DNA from: Candidatus Poseidoniaceae archaeon
Lineage (GTDB): Archaea > Thermoplasmatota > Poseidoniia > Poseidoniales > Poseidoniaceae
Assembly: GCA_943789275.1 (NCBI GenBank)
Contig: CALSTM010000003.1
Span: 660,001 to 692,000 of the forward strand
Direction of reading: 5' to 3'
Length of the DNA: 32,000 bases
Part shown: positions 17,249 to 23,200 of the stretch, in pieces
How positions within the stretch are numbered: the first letter of the stretch is position 1
Layout: every line of letters begins with the position of its first letter
Notes under the pieces: generated by a model
What the model was told of the DNA's origin: nothing
Database searches by the model: none
Seen by the model: the letters and a program-made list of their open reading frames with translations, nothing else
Position numbers and translations under genes: made by a program

Positions 17249-18082
17249 ATGCAGAGGCGTGCATCTGTTCCTGCACGAATCAACATCATCGGTGAACACA
17301 CAGATTATGCCGGCGGCAAAGCAATGCCGTTTGCTCTGGATGTGCGAATGGTCTTGCAAGCAACAGCCCTCGATGAAGGATACGAAGGAGGAGCGACCGT
17401 CGTAGCATTGTGGAAGTCAGCAGGCGGTTGGCCCGCTCGACTTGAGATGGAAAGCGAGATTCCAATTGGCGTAGGTATGTCCTCTTCTGCTGCACTGTGC
17501 CTTGCCGTTGTCCTGTGCGTCAACGGCAAAATGAAACCATTTGATGCTTGTCTTGAAGCTCAACGAATCGAACATGAAGTTCTCAACACTCCGTGCGGTC
17601 TGCTCGATCAAATGGCCATGATGTTCGCCAAAGAAGGCCATGCATCCATCATTGATTTCTCCAACAACACGGTGGATTCTTACGCAATTCCCACCGAATG
17701 GATGTTTAAACTGGTTGATTCAGGAATTCACCGAACGCTCAGTGATGCATCGTATCGAAGTTCAAAAGATGAATCGATTGTCTCGGCCCACGTTGCTTCT
17801 GAGAACAAACGGGTTGAATCAGCGGTTGGAGCGACAGCACAGGAACTCGGTGAATTGCTCAACCAATCTCATGCTTCCTTGATACGAAGGGGTGTGAGTC
17901 TGCCTGAAATGGATGCTCAAGTCGCTGCTCTACAACAAACCGACGGCGTCTATGGTGCTCGAATGATGGGCGGCGGATTCGGTGGAATGATTCTGGTGTT
18001 GGTCGCCTCGGAAGAAATCCTTCCGAACCAACGTCTTTACCGTCCTTCACAAGGTGGTTTTGTCGAGGAATTTTTCGAGTGA
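17249..18082 (+). CDS. GHMP kinase of the galactokinase (anomeric sugar-1-kinase) family, unusually short
   Basis: The track start 17231 is TTG; ATG is at 17249. It carries the GalK signature ARINIIGEHTDY, GHMP motif 2 IPIGVGMSSSAAL, the catalytic-Asp motif CGLLDQ and motif 3 GARMMGGGFGG. It is 277 aa, versus the ~350 aa I recall for archaeal GalK. Confidence 0.8.
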   Translation: MQRRASVPARINIIGEHTDYAGGKAMPFALDVRMVLQATALDEGYEGGATVVALWKSAGGWPARLEMESEIPIGVGMSSSAALCLAVVLCVNGKMKPFDACLEAQRIEHEVLNTPCGLLDQMAMMFAKEGHASIIDFSNNTVDSYAIPTEWMFKLVDSGIHRTLSDASYRSSKDESIVSAHVASENKRVESAVGATAQELGELLNQSHASLIRRGVSLPEMDAQVAALQQTDGVYGARMMGGGFGGMILVLVASEEILPNQRLYRPSQGGFVEEFFE

Positions 18083-20080
18083 AGAGAGGCCTTCAGGCGT
18101 CCCCATATCCCAGAACTTGGTGTTGTCAACATGCACCTGGGCTTGACCGGACAGTGCCGGATAGACCGTTTCTTCCCAACTCCATTTTCCGCCTTTACCG
18201 TGTTCGAGAAGTGTTGATTTTTCCACAACGCTTGTTCCAGCCTCGTATCCGTTCAGTTTGGACGTGTCTTTGGTTCGTTTGTCGTACTCCAGCAGGAGTT
18301 CCCCATCGTGTTGGAGGTTTGAGTCGCTGTGGGTTTCGGTAACCGTCATTGTGAGCGGAGATTGTTGCGACCGGTGTTTGTTCATCAGTGACGCATAGTC
18401 AATTGGATGCAAATCATCGCCCCAAACGAGAAGAAAGCGTTCTTCAAGCAACGCTCGAGCGTTCCACAATGCACCACCGGTTCCAAGCGGTTCATTCTCG
18501 CGATGGAACGTGATGCTCATTCCCGGATGCGTCATGCCTTCGAATTGCTCTCCGTGGTGACCGGTAAGTACCAGAGCATTCATGCAACCTTGACGCTTAG
18601 CCCAATCCAGAATATGGCTGAGAATGGGTTTCCCGTTCACTTCAATCAAGGATTTTGGAACCTTTTCGGTCATCTGCCCTAAGCGAGTCCCTAAGCCACC
18701 GGCCATGACAACCAGTTGTGGCATTGTATGGGCTTTGACAATTGCAGCATACTCTTTACCGCTGTCTTTGAGGGTTCTCTCCTTCGTCTCAAAGTCGACG
18801 TGATAGAGTCCAAAGCGCTGATCGTATCCTTCTGCCCATTCGAAATTGTCCATCAAACTCCAATGGTAAAATCCCCGAACGTCCAATCCATCTGCGATGG
18901 CTTCTGCGGTTATCTGCAGATGTCGACGAATATGTTCTGGACGCATGTCATCGTCATCATCGGCAACACCGTTTTCGGTGACGATAATAGGGAGGTTGAG
19001 GCTTTCAACCATGTCGAAAGCTCGACGCAAACCAACAGCGTACATTGGATAGCGGAAGTCTGTACGCTGTTCCCACGGCCGAATCAACGGGTCGATTTCG
19101 ACTTTGGTTGGCATGAACGGCGTGGTTAACAGATGCGTGTAATAGTTGACACCGATGAAATCACTGCTGTCTTTGAGGCCCTCGATACGCTTGGAGAAAA
19201 GACCTGAAGGTGGTTTGAACCGGCCTGTAGCAAGTCCTTTCAGCCAACACCGGTTGAACATTCCATCGAGCAGTTTCGTTTGCATCCAATGCAGTGGATT
19301 CCATCTTCGATACGGGTCAAACAAGTTGATGTTTTTGACCAAGCCGATCTGGCATCGCTGACCGTTTTTCATGGTCTTAAGTTTTCGATAGCAGCGTGCA
19401 TGGGCTCTCATCAGATTCAAGGAGACGGTACGTGTTTTTTTGAACGAACGAACGCCAGGCGGGAACTCACCAAGCACATATCCCATCGATGCATAGACTG
19501 CTGGCTCGTTGATGGTGCACCACCATTCAACTCGATCGCTGAGTAAATCAAACATCTTCATGCTGAATTGAACCCAATGCGATACGTTTTCTTCTCGCTC
19601 AAATCCGCCCATTTCATCCCACCACAGTGGATGGGTGAAATGGTGAAGCGTGGCCATGGGTTGAATGCCTCGGACGAGTAATTCATCAACGAGGTCAGAA
19701 TACCATTGCAGTGCATCTTGATTCCATTGACCTTGCTGCGGTTCAATTCTCGACCACTCGATGGAAAACCGATAGTGTGAGACGCCTAAGTTCTTGATGA
19801 GACCAACATCTTCAGTTCGGCGATTCCAGTGGTCGCATGCCTCACCGCTCAGTTGCTGACTTTTGGAACGAGGTTCAAAAGCGGACCAATTGTTTGTGTT
19901 TCCGCCTTCAATTTGATGAGAGGCAGTCGCCACCCCCCACATGAAATCTTTGGGAAATGCACTCCCGTCTTTCAGTGAACTGTAATCAACAGTATCCCAC
20001 TGGCGGTGTTCTTCAGTCCACACATGCTTTCCAAAGATGGAACAGCCATGAGGGTTTGGTTCAGAACTTCGACCGAGCAA
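18047..20080 (-). CDS. Fusion protein: GH1 beta-glycosidase (N-terminal) and sugar-1-phosphate nucleotidyltransferase (C-terminal)
   Basis: In the GH1 part I see FPKDFMWGVATASHQIEGG, the acid/base TINEP (E codon 19505-19507), the nucleophile VTENG (E codon 18974-18976) and WSLMDNFEWAEGY. From M453 (codon 18722-18724) the sequence is MPQLVVMAGGLGTRLG..VPKSLIEVNGKPIL...EPLGTGGAL, a short-form NTP_transferase. The start is uncertain: TTG 20080, GTG 20023 or ATG 19942. Confidence 0.8.
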   Translation of the reverse strand: MLGRSSEPNPHGCSIFGKHVWTEEHRQWDTVDYSSLKDGSAFPKDFMWGVATASHQIEGGNTNNWSAFEPRSKSQQLSGEACDHWNRRTEDVGLIKNLGVSHYRFSIEWSRIEPQQGQWNQDALQWYSDLVDELLVRGIQPMATLHHFTHPLWWDEMGGFEREENVSHWVQFSMKMFDLLSDRVEWWCTINEPAVYASMGYVLGEFPPGVRSFKKTRTVSLNLMRAHARCYRKLKTMKNGQRCQIGLVKNINLFDPYRRWNPLHWMQTKLLDGMFNRCWLKGLATGRFKPPSGLFSKRIEGLKDSSDFIGVNYYTHLLTTPFMPTKVEIDPLIRPWEQRTDFRYPMYAVGLRRAFDMVESLNLPIIVTENGVADDDDDMRPEHIRRHLQITAEAIADGLDVRGFYHWSLMDNFEWAEGYDQRFGLYHVDFETKERTLKDSGKEYAAIVKAHTMPQLVVMAGGLGTRLGQMTEKVPKSLIEVNGKPILSHILDWAKRQGCMNALVLTGHHGEQFEGMTHPGMSITFHRENEPLGTGGALWNARALLEERFLLVWGDDLHPIDYASLMNKHRSQQSPLTMTVTETHSDSNLQHDGELLLEYDKRTKDTSKLNGYEAGTSVVEKSTLLEHGKGGKWSWEETVYPALSGQAQVHVDNTKFWDMGTPEGLSSLEKFLDKTTL

Positions 20081-20096
20081 AGCACATGTATCGAGG

Positions 20097-20167
20097 TGCG
20101 GATAGCGGGAGTCGAACCCGCGACAAGAGGTTGGAAACCTCCTATGTTACCACTACACCATATCCGC
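20097..20167 (-). tRNA. tRNA-Gly (anticodon UCC), CCA not encoded
   Basis: It folds by hand into a cloverleaf. The acceptor stem is GCGGATA/TATCCGC, the D arm GTGT-AGTGGTA-ACAT and the anticodon arm GGAGG-TTTCCAA-CCTCT. A 4-nt variable loop, a T arm GCGGG-TTCGACT-CCCGC and discriminator A complete it. Confidence 0.9.
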
Positions 20168-20230
20168 ACGATGTGATGTTCTCGCCGAGAAGTCTCTCCT
20201 CTTTGAGTGAATCGGTTGTACAATCACAAA

Positions 20231-23200
20231 TCAAGCACGAGGCGGTGGTGGTGGCGGAACTCCGCCTCGCATGTCCATACCGTGCCGTACCTGAGATGTA
20301 TCATTGATGCGATTGTAACGAGCCGTCAAGACTTCTCGAGCTCGCTCTTCTCGCTGTTCAGCCAACCGTGCCTCGGAGGCTTTTCCACGAATCATCAGCA
20401 TACCCATGAGGAAGAACAGAACCAATCCTCCAATCAGGGCTTGAACAATTGGCATTTCCATAACTTTGTTGAAAGCGTTTGCATCATCGATAATGAGTGA
20501 GTCTTCGTCGACAATACGGGAGTCAAATACATTGAGTCTGACCGAGCCAGAGTCCATTGCCACATCAGCACCAGGCTCTCGGATGCTGACGAACAACTGG
20601 AACTCACCGGCATTGCGCCCTTCACCGGTGAAGACGGCAACTTGCGTGTCACCGGTCGTTTCTGTGAAGGTCAAGACTTGAACTTGCGTTGCGCCTATAA
20701 TGGATGAAATCGGTTGCCATTCTGCTCGAATAGTAACGTTTGGTAGAGCGCTTACGATGCTGCAACTGAAGGAGAAGTAATCCTCTGCAGCAAGGTCCAA
20801 ATCGATGCTTACAGGGCTGCATGTAATCGAACCTTCAGCAGCGTTTCGTGTTGGGTCATTCGGCCAATGGTCTGGTTTAATGGCTCCAGTTGAAAGGTTC
20901 TCACCCCATCCGTCACCGTCTGAATCGAGCCACTGGGTAGGCTCGCTTGGGAAATCATCGTTGATATCTGCATACTTGTCGCCGTCAGAATCAACACATC
21001 CTCTTGAAGTTCCAAGCGACGCAGTTCCAAACTCGTCTGGACAAGCATCGCCGTCTGTACCTTGTGGGTTATCCCCCCAGGTGTCGCCATCGCTGTCAAA
21101 CCACTGCGTTGAATCGTTCAGCCACAGGTCGTTGGTGTTACTCGCACCGTCACCGTCACCGTCGAGGCAGCCGAAAACATCGATTGTCGAGGTGCCGAAA
21201 GTGGAGGTGCAATTATCCGGTTGACTACCGTTTGGATTGTCACCGTATCCGTCACCGTCTGCATCGAGCCACTGAGTTGGGTCGTCTGGGAAAGCGTCAC
21301 CGTTCTGTGATGATCCATCGTTGTCTTCATCGTAGCAACCAAAGATATCCACGCTGGAGTATCCTTCAACGGTTGGGCAAGAATCCGGTTGGAATCCACT
21401 TGCATTATCGCCGTATCCGTCGCCGTCTTGGTCGGCCCACTGCGTTGGTTCAAACGGTAGAGCGTCTGCTCCATCGGAACTGTTCCATCCCGGATTGCCG
21501 TTTTCAGGCATTGTTGGGTCGGAGTATCCGTCACCGTCCGTGTCTGGGCACGCCTTTCTGTCTTGAGTTGAGTTACCGGCCTGCGAAATACAATCGTCTT
21601 CGAGGTCATCGAAACCGTCTCCATCCGTATCTTGGGTACGGGTTGGGTCGTTCGGGAATGCATCGCTTTCGTTGGACATACCATCGCCATCTGAATCGAT
21701 GCAACCGAATCGGTCAAGTGTTGAGTTTCCAGCAACTCCTGGGCAAGCATCCGGTTGTGGTCCTGTAGCGTTATCGCCGTAGCCATCGCCGTCTTGGTCG
21801 AGCCATTGGTGGGCCAGATTTGGTAGTTGGTCAAATACGTCATCCCATCCGTCGCCATCGGTGTCTGGGCAGCCCATTCTGTTCCCCATGGTTGAGTTTC
21901 CGCTCAAGGTTGGGCAGGCATCGGGAGTTGTACCTCCAAGGTTATCACCAAATCCATCACCGTCCGCATCGGACCATTGGCTCGAATCGTTCATGTGTGA
22001 ATCAATGATATTTGCCCAACCGTCTTGATCGTTGTCGAGGCACCCCAGGACGTTGTTTTGCCACGAGTCGCCGTTTTCATTTGGACAATCGTCAGCGAGA
22101 TTCCCTGTAGCGTTGTCACCGAATCCGTCTCCATCCGAATCGGTTGATTGTGTGGGGTCGGTCTTGAAAGCATCTGAGCCGTTATCGGTTGGTGTCCAAT
22201 TCGGGTCTGCATCGGAGACTCCATCGCCGTCGGTATCAGGACAGCCTGTTCGGTCGACCGTCGAGTTCCCCCAGAAATCAGGACAATCGTCGTCCACTTG
22301 GTTGTCAATACCGTCACCGTCTTCATCCGACCAGCGCAAGGGGTCGTTTGGATGGGTGTCAGCACCTTGTGCAACGGTGTAACCAGCGTCAGCATCTGAA
22401 TAGGTATCGCCATCCGTATCGAGGCATCCGTATCGGTCTGAGGACGAGCTTCCAGCGTCGTTTGGACAACTGTCGGGGAACACTCCGGCTGGATTATCTC
22501 CGAATCCATCCGTATCTGTATCGACCCATTGTGTAGGCTCATTTGGCCAAACGTCAGCACCGTTTGCAGTGGTCCATACTGAGCCGTTGTTACCCAACGG
22601 GTCTGGGTCGGAGAAGGAGTCTCCGTCCGCGTCTGGACAACCAAATCGGTCGGATGATGAGGAGCCATGCGTCGTGAGACACGAATCTGGATTAAATCCA
22701 AGCGGTTCATCTCCGTAACTGTCAGCATCGGTATCGTTCCATTGCGTCGGAATAAGTGGGAATGCATCAGCACTGCCGATTGGATGTGCAGGCCATCCAG
22801 CATCGTAGTCAGAATATCCATCTTCGTCGCTGTCTGGGCAGCCGACACGGTCGATGGTTGACCGAGCAGCTCCAAGCGCTAATCCGTCGTTAATACACGC
22901 ATCGGGGTTTGTTCCAGATTGGTTGTCACCGTATCCGTCACCGTCCGTATCAAGCCACTGTGTGGCGTCATTCGGGAAAGCGTCTGCAATTCCGGCAGGA
23001 TGAGCCAATACTGTACTGTCGGCGTCAGAGTACCCATCGCCGTCCGTATCAAGACAACCGGTTCGGTCTGCAGTGGATGTTCCCTGAACGGTAGGACAGT
23101 CATCGCTGTTCGAGGCAGGCGGAGGATTATCCCCGTAACCGTCACCATCGGAATCTGCCCATTGAGTACCGTCGCCAAGGAAGGCATCAGCACCGTTGGA

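Noticed and set aside
7893-20167. A 12-kb segment flanked by two same-strand tRNA-Gly genes, considered as a possible integrated element or genomic island
   Set aside because: There is no integrase and no direct repeat of a tRNA 3' end. The content is housekeeping (dhs, speB, pepA) with the same compact organisation as the flanks. The two tRNAs are different isoacceptors, not a duplicated att site.
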